This document shows positions 17,625 through 27,998 of a DNA stretch of 64,000 nucleotides, in pieces. The notes beneath the pieces are model-generated. The model did no database searches. It was not told where the DNA came from and saw only the letters and a list, made by a program, of their open reading frames with translations. Where the stretch lies: IMG/VR virus record IMGVR_UViG_3300035498_000356, positions 32,001 to 96,000 of that record; one strand, 5' to 3'. The stretch comes from a virus. Taxonomy: Duplodnaviria; Caudoviricetes. A program made the translations under genes and the position numbers. The stretch's first letter is position 1; each line of letters opens with the position of its first letter.

Positions 17625-18301
17625 GTACTGAAAAGATAGAAGAATTTCTATCAATTAGCTCTGGCTATGGCTCTAGTCCTGGCTCTGGCGATTGTTATGG
17701 CTCTGGTTATGGCTGTGGCACTAGATCAAGCCATAGTTCAGGTCCTGACTCTATCCTTGGTTATGATCTTGGTCATGGTTATGGCTCTGGTTCTGGCTCT
17801 ATTTATGGTTTTGGCTATGGTGAAGGTTGTGGTCATTATGGTGATAATATTGGTAATTTCAATGGTGTAAAAGTCTATCAAGTTGACCAAATGCCCACTA
17901 TATTTTGCAGTATTCATGGCAATAGTGCGCAATGTATGATACTTAACCAAGATTTTACATTGACTCCTTGTTTCGTAGTAAAAAGTAATGATATGTTTGC
18001 TCATGGAGAAACACTACACAAAGCTATGAGTGCACTCCAATATAAACTATTTCAGAAGTGCCCACCGAAAGAAAGAGTTGCTAAGTTTCGCGAAGAGTTT
18101 CCCGATTTCAACACTCCGATTGACGCAGCAATTCTATTTGATTGGCATCATAAGTTGACCGGTAGTTGTGAAATGGGTAGACTTAATTTCTGTAAAAATC
18201 ATAACATTAACCTTGAAACAGATACATTCACCGTAAATGAGTTTATAGAGTTAACTCAAAACTCTTATGGTGGAGAAATTATTAAACTAATAAAGAGATG
18301 A
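17612..18301 (+). CDS. Gly/Ser/Tyr-repeat protein
   Basis: GYGSG repeats followed by a conserved-looking WHHKLTGSCEMGR domain. Confidence 0.75.
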   Translation: MEVLSTEKIEEFLSISSGYGSSPGSGDCYGSGYGCGTRSSHSSGPDSILGYDLGHGYGSGSGSIYGFGYGEGCGHYGDNIGNFNGVKVYQVDQMPTIFCSIHGNSAQCMILNQDFTLTPCFVVKSNDMFAHGETLHKAMSALQYKLFQKCPPKERVAKFREEFPDFNTPIDAAILFDWHHKLTGSCEMGRLNFCKNHNINLETDTFTVNEFIELTQNSYGGEIIKLIKR

Positions 18302-18492
18302 ATAAAAAGAGAGAAATTAATTTAAGTGCACTTATGTATATACTTACATATTGCTTGATTATTTTTATTCCTGAGATAATTACACTTGGATTATCAGGAG
18401 AATTAAATGACATATACAATTTGTTAAACAATGCATGGATAGCAGCTATGTTGTCTATTGCTGTAGCTAATTTACAAATAACAGAGTCATAA
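18298..18492 (+). CDS. Small membrane protein
   Basis: Two hydrophobic helices. Confidence 0.6.
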   Translation: MNKKREINLSALMYILTYCLIIFIPEIITLGLSGELNDIYNLLNNAWIAAMLSIAVANLQITES

Positions 18493-18508
18493 ATATCCAA
18501 CTTAGTCA

Positions 18509-19057
18509 ATGAGTTTAATAAACTTTAAAAGAGATATGATGCAAACAGCTACAACAATAAGTCAAGGTAAACATTTACTTGATTTAGGTATATCTTATAA
18601 ATCATCTGATATGTATTATGTCTTTACTATATACACAGAAGATGATAGATTTATAATGAATGCTTCATTAGAAGATTACGAAGATGCAATTAAAAAAGAT
18701 ATGGAAGCATATAGTGAATTATTTTATTGCAATAGAACTCCTAGTGAAGATACCTCTTCATTCCCAGCATGGTCTTTAATGGCACTAATTAATTTATGTC
18801 CAAATGCAATTAATTATGCAATTAAAGATGATGATTATTTTGAAGAATGTGAAGCACTAATATCCAACAATAGCATTATTGGTCGCTTTGCACTTGTAAG
18901 AGAAAGTAATCATAGTTGGAAATGTGGATATTATACTTTAAATAGTTACGTATGTGTTGCAATGCGTGGTTATAGTGCATTTGATGCTATTATCAAATTA
19001 ATTGAATGGTTATTTAATAATTATCCTAAAACTTATAAAAATTATTTAAATAAATGA
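18509..19057 (+). CDS. Hypothetical protein (TTxxQ...AWS family)
   Basis: Paralog-like motifs shared with 19457. Confidence 0.7.
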   Translation: MSLINFKRDMMQTATTISQGKHLLDLGISYKSSDMYYVFTIYTEDDRFIMNASLEDYEDAIKKDMEAYSELFYCNRTPSEDTSSFPAWSLMALINLCPNAINYAIKDDDYFEECEALISNNSIIGRFALVRESNHSWKCGYYTLNSYVCVAMRGYSAFDAIIKLIEWLFNNYPKTYKNYLNK

Positions 19058-19455
19058 AACCATTTAAATTTAGAGGAAAGAATCCGTATACTAATGAATG
19101 GGTATATGGTTCTTTATTGCAGACTTCGGATGGTACATTAAATTGTATTATTAATCAGGATACTGTAGCACCAGGAGAACCTTTTGAAGTAGATAAAGTA
19201 GATCCCGATACTATTGGAATGCGTACTGAAATGTGTGATTCTGATGGAAAAGAAATATACGAAGGAGACATTATTACAGTAGTTAATGAACCAACTAATT
19301 ATTCAGCAACTATTTTAGTAGAAATTAATCCTTGGCATGGAATTGTACTTGGAACCTTTAATGACGTTTTTGTATACGATCCTTCAAGTGTTCTTAAAGT
19401 TATTGGCAATGCTTATGATAATCCTGAATTATTAGATAAATTAACATATCGTTAA
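19054..19455 (+). CDS. YopX family protein
   Basis: FKFRGK...WVYG...EIYEGDII...KVIGNAYDNPELL. Confidence 0.88.
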   Translation: MKPFKFRGKNPYTNEWVYGSLLQTSDGTLNCIINQDTVAPGEPFEVDKVDPDTIGMRTEMCDSDGKEIYEGDIITVVNEPTNYSATILVEINPWHGIVLGTFNDVFVYDPSSVLKVIGNAYDNPELLDKLTYR

Positions 19456-19456
19456 T

Positions 19457-19975
19457 ATGAAAAAATCACAAATAGAGTATCTATTAAATACTCAAGACTT
19501 TAATTCAAATCAAGTAACAACTTTAGAACAAAGTATCAAGCTTAGGAATTTTATTAATTCATTTGCTGATAAAAAGTATATCTTTATTGATACAGTTACT
19601 TTTGAAGAAGTTTCATATGATAAAATGATTGAAGAATCATTAAATTGTCATATTATTTTAGTTGATATTGATTTTGATACTAAATATGGTATTTTAGCAT
19701 GGAGCTTTGAAAAATTATTTCATTTACTAAGATTTATTGGAGGATATAAAATGTTTTATACTCCTGGTGAATGGTTACCTGAAAATGATATAAAAAGCAC
19801 ATGTTGTATTATTAGACCATACACAAAACCTAGTGAAATTTATTGTGGAACAGGAATCAATGAACTAGAAGCAATAGTTAACGCAATTTGTAAACTTAAA
19901 AAAAATGATTTATATTTGCTTAATGATTTTGATATGTCTTCTAACTTTTATCATTTATCAAATAATCAAATATAG
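19457..19975 (+). CDS. Hypothetical protein
   Basis: ORF track. Confidence 0.7.
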   Translation: MKKSQIEYLLNTQDFNSNQVTTLEQSIKLRNFINSFADKKYIFIDTVTFEEVSYDKMIEESLNCHIILVDIDFDTKYGILAWSFEKLFHLLRFIGGYKMFYTPGEWLPENDIKSTCCIIRPYTKPSEIYCGTGINELEAIVNAICKLKKNDLYLLNDFDMSSNFYHLSNNQI

Positions 19976-20239
19976 TAGAGAAACTAATAGGTTATATGAT
20001 GAATGTAGAGACTCGCTAAGTAAAGCTATACTAGAGATAGAAGAAACTAGAAAGATGTTATTAGAAGAGTTAGATAAACTATAAATAATTTAAATTTTTA
20101 AAACTATGATTAAATTCTTAAAAAAATTAATGATTTGGTATTTTGAATCTACTGCTAAAATTTACAATTAGAAAAGTATTAGTGACTTATAAGTCATTAA
20201 TACTCCATTTTGAGAGTTTAATCTTAAAAAGTTAAAATT

Positions 20240-21895
20240 ATGTTTGATAAGAAAGTTACTTCTCTTATGGAGAATTGTTCAATCGAGAACAAATTTATTA
20301 AGTCTGGACTTATATTAGGTTCAAAGACTCTTTCTGAAGAAGGAGCAGTAAAGTTGTCTACAACAGGAAATGATTTTGTAGATCAATTTGCTTCTATATC
20401 TAAGTACAAGACTCCTAGATCTTATTATGAAGTAGATAAAGATATGAGATTATTATGGAGTCAGAACCCACTTCTTTGTCTAAAGTTATCAGTCTATATT
20501 AGGATGATAACGAGAACTCCTACTTATATTTCTAATAAAAATAAAACTAAGAAGTTTTCAATACAAAAAGGACAAGGATTAAAGAATGAAGGAATTATGA
20601 GAATAATGTGGATAGCTATTAACTATCCTAAAGTATTCTATAAAAATATAACACTTTTCATTGCTGCTGGTTCTTGGAAAGATATTGTAACAATGATGAA
20701 TTGGGATTTACAATTCAATGGATGGAATAATAGAGTTCTTCCATGGAATTTCTTAATGCAGACAATTAGAGCCGGATTAATATGTAATGAAACAACACAT
20801 CTTGTCCGTAAATATCTTCCGACAATTCGCAGTAATAAAAAGTGCACAACTCTTGAATCACAAGCTGATACATTAATTGGTAGATATATAGCTAAAAATC
20901 TATTTCCTAAAGAAGATAAAATTACGCGATATACTGAATATCGTAAATTAAAATCTAAGGGATTAGCACATAAATGGCAACAACAAATTAGTAATCAACT
21001 TTATAATGCAATTGATTTTAATACTATTCCAGGAAAAGCATTGCATTTATTAGTGCACTCCAAATTCTTAAATAACCATAATTTAACAGACAAATATTCT
21101 GAATGGATTAGTAACAAGAAATCTGTTAAATACACTGGATTTGTATTTGAGATATTTAATGATATTAATGGAAATACTGAAAAACATATACTTGATACTG
21201 CTAATGCTCAATTTAATAAATTACTACAACAATGCAATGCATATAGTAAATTATTGCCTATACTAGATAAATCTGGTTCAATGGCTAGTCAATGTATTGG
21301 ATGCAACATGACTGCTTATAATGTAGCTAAAGCAATGGCATTATATTTTTCTAGTTGTTTAACTGGACAATTTACTAATGTATATGGTGAGTTTAATAAT
21401 AAATGCGAATTACGTAAATGGAAAGGTGAAACTGCAACAGACAAGTGGATTAATGCTGGAAACAATATAGCATATGGATCTACTAATTTTGAATCTGTGA
21501 TTGATTTATTAATAGAGATTAAAGAAGCAGGTGTAGATGAATCAGAATTCCCAGAGGGCATATTATGCTTGAGCGACGGCGAATATTCGGATTTTAATCA
21601 TAGAAATGAAACTATGTTTAAAGTTTCTATTAATAAATTAAAGCTAGCAGGGTTTTCTGATGAATATGTCAATAACTTTAAAGTAATACTATGGGATATT
21701 CCTAATTATTTTTATAGTTCTCACCCTGAAACTAAATATGAATCATATGCAAATTGTCCTAATATGTTTCATATGTCAGGATTTGATGCTTCGATTATTA
21801 GTTTCTTGCTTGAAGGCAATATAAATCCATGTAATTCTAAAGAACTATTTTTATCTTGTATGAATCAAGAGTTATTAAATAAATTAACAATATGA
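20240..21895 (+). CDS. DUF2828/TROVE-like helical domain plus VWA domain protein
   Basis: MIDAS DKSGSM, GSTNF and LSDGE motifs; N-terminal STTGNDFVDQF, GQG and GSWKD motifs. Confidence 0.75.
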   Translation: MFDKKVTSLMENCSIENKFIKSGLILGSKTLSEEGAVKLSTTGNDFVDQFASISKYKTPRSYYEVDKDMRLLWSQNPLLCLKLSVYIRMITRTPTYISNKNKTKKFSIQKGQGLKNEGIMRIMWIAINYPKVFYKNITLFIAAGSWKDIVTMMNWDLQFNGWNNRVLPWNFLMQTIRAGLICNETTHLVRKYLPTIRSNKKCTTLESQADTLIGRYIAKNLFPKEDKITRYTEYRKLKSKGLAHKWQQQISNQLYNAIDFNTIPGKALHLLVHSKFLNNHNLTDKYSEWISNKKSVKYTGFVFEIFNDINGNTEKHILDTANAQFNKLLQQCNAYSKLLPILDKSGSMASQCIGCNMTAYNVAKAMALYFSSCLTGQFTNVYGEFNNKCELRKWKGETATDKWINAGNNIAYGSTNFESVIDLLIEIKEAGVDESEFPEGILCLSDGEYSDFNHRNETMFKVSINKLKLAGFSDEYVNNFKVILWDIPNYFYSSHPETKYESYANCPNMFHMSGFDASIISFLLEGNINPCNSKELFLSCMNQELLNKLTI

Positions 21896-22101
21896 AGTTA
21901 ACAAATACACAAGTAGGAGGTATCATATATCTCCTACTTTCTTTATTTTGGATGATATATGCAATAATATTTAAATATGATTTATTGTTGATACTACTTC
22001 CAATTCTTATTCCTATATATTTATTTATTTTTGCATTAATAATTTGTAGCTTAATGGCAGTAATTGCTATAATTATTTCATTATGTAGAAGATATGATTA
22101 A
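21892..22101 (+). CDS. Small membrane protein
   Basis: Hydrophobic, two predicted TM segments. Confidence 0.6.
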   Translation: MKLTNTQVGGIIYLLLSLFWMIYAIIFKYDLLLILLPILIPIYLFIFALIICSLMAVIAIIISLCRRYD

Positions 22102-22363
22102 AGTAGGAGAAATTCAAGGACATGATGTAATTTATGTTCCTGAACGTAATCAAATATTCTGTAAAAATACTTCTGTTAATTTTGATTTAATAGAAAGAAT
22201 TATACTTAAACAACAAAAGTTAATGGATGAGATTAAAGAAAAGAATCTCACTATTACAAAAAATGGAAGTTTGGTAACATTGGGATGTTTGACTACAACA
22301 TTAAGTAATTGTAAACAGATTAATAAAACAGTTAAAAACATAAGAAAAAATGAGAAAAAGTAA
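22094..22363 (+). CDS. Hypothetical protein
   Basis: ORF track. Confidence 0.7.
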   Translation: MIKVGEIQGHDVIYVPERNQIFCKNTSVNFDLIERIILKQQKLMDEIKEKNLTITKNGSLVTLGCLTTTLSNCKQINKTVKNIRKNEKK

Positions 22364-23801
22364 CCCTATTTTCAAACAGAAAGTTAGTAAATACGAGCAA
22401 TCAATGAAGGAAAAGTTCGTAGAAATTATGAACAATCCTAACACTAAATATGCTGATTGCCTTGATTACATTCAGAATGAAATTGACCAATCTAGAAAGA
22501 TGGCCAATCTTCAATATTCAATTCCGTGTTTTAGGAACGATGGTGTATATCAACTTAATCAAGCTATTAGTGAAGTATTTGGTTCTACTACATCTAAAGA
22601 GAATGATAACCCTTCAGGAGATAGTAATGTATCTACAGTAGATATTACTCTTGCAGATGGAACTAGAATTAAAGCCCCTTTTGGTGATATTTCACTTTCT
22701 GGACTTGGAGATGATTCTTATATCAACATTAATTATGATTATGATAAGCATACACTAGAAGTAACTGGAAAATGTCAATTTAAGTTTTCTTCTCTAATGG
22801 ATGATATTATAGAAGTTACTAAAAGAAATATTTCTCAGAATTCTATTTATAAAGGTCAAGCTTTAGAAATTACTGATATTAATGAACCTAAAATACTTAA
22901 CCTTGATAACATAGATAACCAACTTCTTATCCTGTCTGATAAAACTAAATATGATCTAAAGCCTATTAGAGCTAGACTTTTGAATCCTCAGAAGTGTTTA
23001 GATAAAGGAGTTCCGCTTAAATATGGAGCTTTGCTATCTGGAAATTATGGAACCGGCAAGACTCTCGTAGCTTTTAAGCTAGCAAAGCTTGCTGTGGATA
23101 ATGGATGGATATTTATCTATCTTAAAGACCCTAAATTACTTGCAGAATCACTTCGAATGTCCAAAATTATTGATAAATCTGGATATGGCGTAGTGATTTT
23201 TACAGAGGATATTGATCAGGTAATTCGTGGCAATCGTGATGCTGCTATGCAAGATATTCTTAATACTCTCGATGGTGGTGATACGAAAGACATGAATGTA
23301 ATTAGTTTGTTTACAACTAATCATATTGAATTGATTGAACCTACTTTCTTACGTGGTAAGAGAATTAGTTCAATTATTGAAATGGGTGCTCTTGATGCTA
23401 AAACAGCAGAAGAATTTATTCGTGCGTCATTTGAATCTGGATGTTACACTATTCAAGATGATTTGACAGAAGTATGTCAATACATTGAGAAAGCTAACAT
23501 TGTTCCAGCATTCATGGCTGATATTATTGAACGAGTTAAAGCAATGATGATTCTTAGTGATCAATGTTTTGTTGATCCCAAGGAGATTAAATATTCTGTT
23601 GACTCTTACATGCATCATGTTGAATTATCTAAGATTAAGGATTTATCAATAACTCCTGAAAAGCAGTTTGTAGATTCACTTAGACAAATTTTAGATACTG
23701 ATAAAGATGATGCTCGCATTAAAGGAATCCTAGAAATGACTGGTGTGCATATGGATGAAGATCCAGATGATTATTTACCATCAGCTTATAAAATTAGGTA
23801 A
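22350..23801 (+). CDS. AAA+ ATPase
   Basis: Walker A GNYGTGKT, Walker B IFTEDID, TTNH sensor, LRGKR. Confidence 0.88.
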   Translation: MRKSNPIFKQKVSKYEQSMKEKFVEIMNNPNTKYADCLDYIQNEIDQSRKMANLQYSIPCFRNDGVYQLNQAISEVFGSTTSKENDNPSGDSNVSTVDITLADGTRIKAPFGDISLSGLGDDSYININYDYDKHTLEVTGKCQFKFSSLMDDIIEVTKRNISQNSIYKGQALEITDINEPKILNLDNIDNQLLILSDKTKYDLKPIRARLLNPQKCLDKGVPLKYGALLSGNYGTGKTLVAFKLAKLAVDNGWIFIYLKDPKLLAESLRMSKIIDKSGYGVVIFTEDIDQVIRGNRDAAMQDILNTLDGGDTKDMNVISLFTTNHIELIEPTFLRGKRISSIIEMGALDAKTAEEFIRASFESGCYTIQDDLTEVCQYIEKANIVPAFMADIIERVKAMMILSDQCFVDPKEIKYSVDSYMHHVELSKIKDLSITPEKQFVDSLRQILDTDKDDARIKGILEMTGVHMDEDPDDYLPSAYKIR

Positions 23802-23844
23802 TAAAATATGCAAAATTTAGGTAATTAGAAATAGTTATCTAAAT

Positions 23845-23875
23845 TTTGCACTTTGATAAAAAATGTGTATATTTG
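23845..23875 (+). promoter_or_regulatory. Bacteroidetes promoter (TTTG-N19-TATATTTG)
   Basis: Consensus match upstream of the wHTH gene. Confidence 0.7.
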
Positions 23876-23900
23876 AAACATAATTTAAAAACTTTATATT

Positions 23901-24194
23901 ATGGATTCAATAACTTATAGAGATTTAGAAATAAATCAAAATCGGAAAACGTGTTATGTTGGAGGATCCGAAGTATTTCTAACTAAAAAAGAGTATGAGT
24001 TGTTGAAATACTTTATGGAGCATCCAGATTATGTTTATTCACGTAAAGAATTAACTTCTGAACTATGGTCAGAAAAAAGTAATGATAGAGTAATAGATAT
24101 TACAATATCTAGACTTAGAAAAAAAATTCCCAAGTATAGTAAAAACTTAAAAACAAGAGTTGGATTTGGGTATTATTTCGATTCTGAAAATTAA
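23901..24194 (+). CDS. Stand-alone OmpR/PhoB-type winged-helix DNA-binding domain
   Basis: LTKKEYELL...SRKEL...W...RVIDITISRLRKKI...LKTRVGFGY; no receiver domain. Confidence 0.88.
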   Translation: MDSITYRDLEINQNRKTCYVGGSEVFLTKKEYELLKYFMEHPDYVYSRKELTSELWSEKSNDRVIDITISRLRKKIPKYSKNLKTRVGFGYYFDSEN

Positions 24195-24311
24195 ATTATA
24201 GTTATAAGAATACTTACAGCAAATTAATTACTTGCTAAAAATTACTATTGGTTGTAAATAAATAATAGTATTCTTTATTTAAGTAAATCATTATTTAATC
24301 TTATTATCTAA

Positions 24312-26228
24312 ATGTCTTACAATAAACAAAACGAATAGCCTAATTTTAATTACGAAATAGGAAATTTTTATAATCCTACATGGCTTCCTGAAATAACTAT
24401 ATATGGATAGAGACCTTTACCTTGGAGTACAAGGGCTTTTAATAATGTAGGTAGGTTTTTTAACAAAATACTCCTTAACAAAAATAATATTCGTGTAAGA
24501 AATGCTATGACACATCCTAAAGCAATGAATGCAGTGCAAGAGGGAGGTAATATAGCAGGAGCAATTGCTGTTGCCCCACTTGCAGCATATACGGCTGTTC
24601 AAGCAGCTCCAGTAATCATGCCAGCACTTAAGGTAGCAGGATAGGCTATGACTCCTTCAACATGGATTGGAGGATTATCACAAGCTGCTGGCTATTAGGC
24701 ACCTGCTTGGATGCTAAATGGAGCTGACTTAGCTTTATCAGCATATTTCGCTAACGAAGCTGGTAAAGACATAGACCAAAATGGACTAACTTGGAGAACT
24801 GGACTTAATGCTTTAATGTCGTTAGCTCCATTTACAAAAGAGACTGAGGCAATTAATGGTGTTGCTAATACTGTTAAGAAACCTATGTCTGCTGTAAATT
24901 CAGTAGTTGATGATTTTAGAGCAGCAAGGAATGCAGTTAGTAAACCAGAAACTGCACTTGCAAGAGGATTATAGTTGAGTAAGAATACTTCTTCTCCTAT
25001 ATATGAGAAATAGATATTGACTGCTAATTAGTATGGAGTTAAGGATTAGAACGGATTCTATATCCAATAGCGTTTTGATGGTCCATTCCTAAACGAAGAT
25101 TTAGAATGGATAGCACATAACTTTAATTCTGGTGCTTTAAAAAAGGACAATATTGGTACATATAGACATTTCAAGTTAGGAGACTTAGAGAAATTTAAGC
25201 TTCGTTATAATGGAGGAGAAACCTTTACTCTAGAATAGAGACTGTATAATCCAAGCTCTAAGACCGAAGAATGGTATGAAGTAATGAACGGGCCAATCGG
25301 AGAAATTAGAGGATATATGGAATAGGTTAGGAACAATACTATGAAGAATGCTTCTCCAATTCAAAAGGAATTAATAAATCACTACGATGCTGTTAAAGAA
25401 TATGAAAGCGGAACTCGCCTTAATGAATATACATCTTTTCCAGAAGTTACAAATGAAGTTAAAAAAAATTTATAGAATGATATAGATAATTTCTATATGA
25501 GTCCAGAATATATGGATAAGTTAGAAACTCAAATAAGGGAGAATCCAGACATAAAGATGATACCTAACTTGAAAAATGAGTTCTATTCTGAATTAACTGA
25601 TTTAAAAGATAATACTATTCCTGTAGCATATGGAACCACAAACTAGAATAGTGGCATGTCACAAACTCTTGTATATTCAATTGAAGACCCGAATACTGGT
25701 GAATTACTTGGGTTTGAAGAAGAACCTTATATAGGAATAAATGTAAACCATCATAAATTTGATTTTCCAGAGTTTACTATAACTCATGAGAATGGTCACA
25801 ACATGTGGAGAGAATCAAAAGACTATAATTCAGATAGATTCCCTGTATTTAGTGCCATAACTGAATTAAACAAGAGAAACTTTGGAGATCCTAGATAGTA
25901 TGCTCGTTTAGAGGCTGTAATTGTAAATGATGATGCACAAATAAAGTATATGACTGATGTTAATGAATTCTCCTAGAGAATAAGAGAAGGAATTAAGGAT
26001 GGCATTTTAAAAGGATATTCTCCAGAATAGATCTATAATGAATCTCCAGTATTTGAAAGAACATTTTTAAAAAAGTGGTATCCAAAAGATTATTTAATAA
26101 AGGCTTTAAGTACTGGATTAGGATTAACACCAATATTAAATAACAATTCGATGGAAAAGATTAACGAAACTCCTGTGTGGGATGCTCCAAATAATAATGA
26201 ACAGACCAAAGAGGAAGACAAATATTAA
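24312..26228 (+). CDS. TAG-recoded 638-aa virion/cargo-type protein with HExxH zincin motif
   Basis: One frame from ATG 24312 to TAA 26226-26228 with about 16 TAG; joins track fragments 24711 and 25656. Ala-rich hydrophobic region; THENGH. Confidence 0.8.
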
Positions 26229-26325
26229 AATCAGGTTCTAAGTTTTGCAACAGTCGGTGAAAGACCGAATAAAGTGAAAACTTAGCATTCCTTCTATTCT
26301 CTGTATATCAAAGTGGGAGGTGATT

Positions 26326-26410
26326 GCCAGAATGATGAAATAGGTAGACATAGAAGATTTAAAATCTTCTGATTATTATAATCGTGCGGGTTCGAGTCCC
26401 GCTTCTGGTA
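26326..26410 (+). tRNA. tRNA-Leu(TAA)
   Basis: GAAGA-TT-TAA-AA-TCTTC; variable arm; GCGGG-TTCGAGT-CCCGC. Confidence 0.88.
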
Positions 26411-26458
26411 CTAAATTAATACAATTAAATTATGAATGGAAAATAAATTTGATTTACA

Positions 26459-26731
26459 ATGAAAAGGCAGAATTATAATTATAAAATTCTCGAAACAATT
26501 CAAAATAAGCTTCCTGAATTTGAAGCTTATTATGATGAAATTGAGAATTACATTGAGAAATGTCCTCAACAACGTTTTGGACAAATACTTTGTAATTATA
26601 TATGTTGGGATTATAGAGATAAACAATGCGATTGGGAACATCGTAAGTTATTAAATACTATATTTCCTAATAATCCTGATCCATTTTTTGAAGAAAGTAG
26701 TGAAACATATTTAAGATTAAATGAAGAATGA
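26459..26731 (+). CDS. Hypothetical protein (PQQRFGQ...DPFFEES)
   Basis: ORF track. Confidence 0.7.
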   Translation: MKRQNYNYKILETIQNKLPEFEAYYDEIENYIEKCPQQRFGQILCNYICWDYRDKQCDWEHRKLLNTIFPNNPDPFFEESSETYLRLNEE

Positions 26732-26942
26732 AATATTGACTTTAGAAGAAATTCTAAAAGAGCCGTTGAAGAAAAATATTAAACATAATTTTTCTGATAA
26801 ATTTGGTAAAATTGTCTATTATGATTATAATGGTATTTGTAAAACAGGTACACTTATAGGATTAGTAGACAATAATTATATTATAGAGAAAGAAGGAATT
26901 AAAACTTATTTACCATTATGGAAATCAATAAGCCTACTTTAA
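26721..26942 (+). CDS. Hypothetical protein
   Basis: ORF track. Confidence 0.6.
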   Translation: MKNEILTLEEILKEPLKKNIKHNFSDKFGKIVYYDYNGICKTGTLIGLVDNNYIIEKEGIKTYLPLWKSISLL

Positions 26943-27175
26943 TTACATGTGCTTGTCAAAGTCCTGAACACATAATGTTAGCCGATTTTGATGAAGATAA
27001 TAACTTAGTATTTTTAAGTGTACATCTTTGTCCAGAAAGAAATATATTTAAAAGAATTTGGAAAGCTATTAAATATATTTTTGGTCATATTTGTATTTAT
27101 GGAACATTTGATGAATTTGTAATAGATAATTCAAATGTAAATGAGTTTAAAGAAATAATTAATTTTATAAAATAA
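26918..27175 (+). CDS. Hypothetical protein
   Basis: ORF track. Confidence 0.7.
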   Translation: MEINKPTLITCACQSPEHIMLADFDEDNNLVFLSVHLCPERNIFKRIWKAIKYIFGHICIYGTFDEFVIDNSNVNEFKEIINFIK

Positions 27176-27549
27176 TGCGCTTATATTCTACAAATAAAGA
27201 TCCTTATATAGCTGAAGATGATATAATGTGCTATAAGATATTATTTACAGATAATAATGAATTACGTTCTCCTTATCAGTTTTTTAAATTTGAAAGAAAA
27301 ATTAGATATGATAATTCTGATGAACCAAGAATATCAAAAACTGAGGATAATAAATATGAAATTTCCTTTGGATATTTTCATGCATATTCAAATGTAAATA
27401 CAGCAATATCACGTTGTTTAGCAATAGATAATGATATGTCATGTAATGCTCTATTACCAAAAGTATTTATTGCAATAATACCTAAAGGTTCAAAATATTA
27501 TAAAGGAGAAGATGAAGATATATGTTCTGATTCAATAATAATTATATAA
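27175..27549 (+). CDS. Hypothetical protein (GYFHAY...IIPKGSKYY phage family)
   Basis: ORF track. Confidence 0.7.
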   Translation: MRLYSTNKDPYIAEDDIMCYKILFTDNNELRSPYQFFKFERKIRYDNSDEPRISKTEDNKYEISFGYFHAYSNVNTAISRCLAIDNDMSCNALLPKVFIAIIPKGSKYYKGEDEDICSDSIIII

Positions 27550-27584
27550 TCAATTTAATTAAGAATATACGTTAGTTTCCTATT

Positions 27585-27998
27585 ATGGAAAATATAGATC
27601 TAAAAGTTGATAAGTATTATGTTGATGATTTAAGAGATGATTTGATGGTCAATACTGATTTAGATTTATATGAATTTATTGGTAATGACCCTGTAAGAGC
27701 GTTTTATTTAGGAATAAATATGCGTAATTGGTTTAATGAATTAGATAAAGGCCAACAATATTTATATTCTAAACAGCTTAGACACAACAAAGATGATCTG
27801 GAAAAATATGAGAATCAAATTAAGTTTTGGACTGATAAATATCCAGAAAAAGGTGAAGTTAATTTAGCAGAACTTGCTGAATATATAATGAATAATCTTT
27901 TTTATGACGAAGAAACAGAGGAATCAGATAAAGTCAAATTTGGTTTCTTTTTTGGTGATATGATTGCTCAATCTTCAAAAACTTCACAAGATGAATAA
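27585..27998 (+). CDS. Hypothetical protein
   Basis: ORF track. Confidence 0.7.
   Translation: MENIDLKVDKYYVDDLRDDLMVNTDLDLYEFIGNDPVRAFYLGINMRNWFNELDKGQQYLYSKQLRHNKDDLEKYENQIKFWTDKYPEKGEVNLAELAEYIMNNLFYDEETEESDKVKFGFFFGDMIAQSSKTSQDE

Noticed and set aside
17660-17845. DNA tandem repeat or diversity-generating element
   Set aside because: Explained by Gly-Ser-Tyr coding repeats; no reverse transcriptase or template/variable repeat pair was seen.
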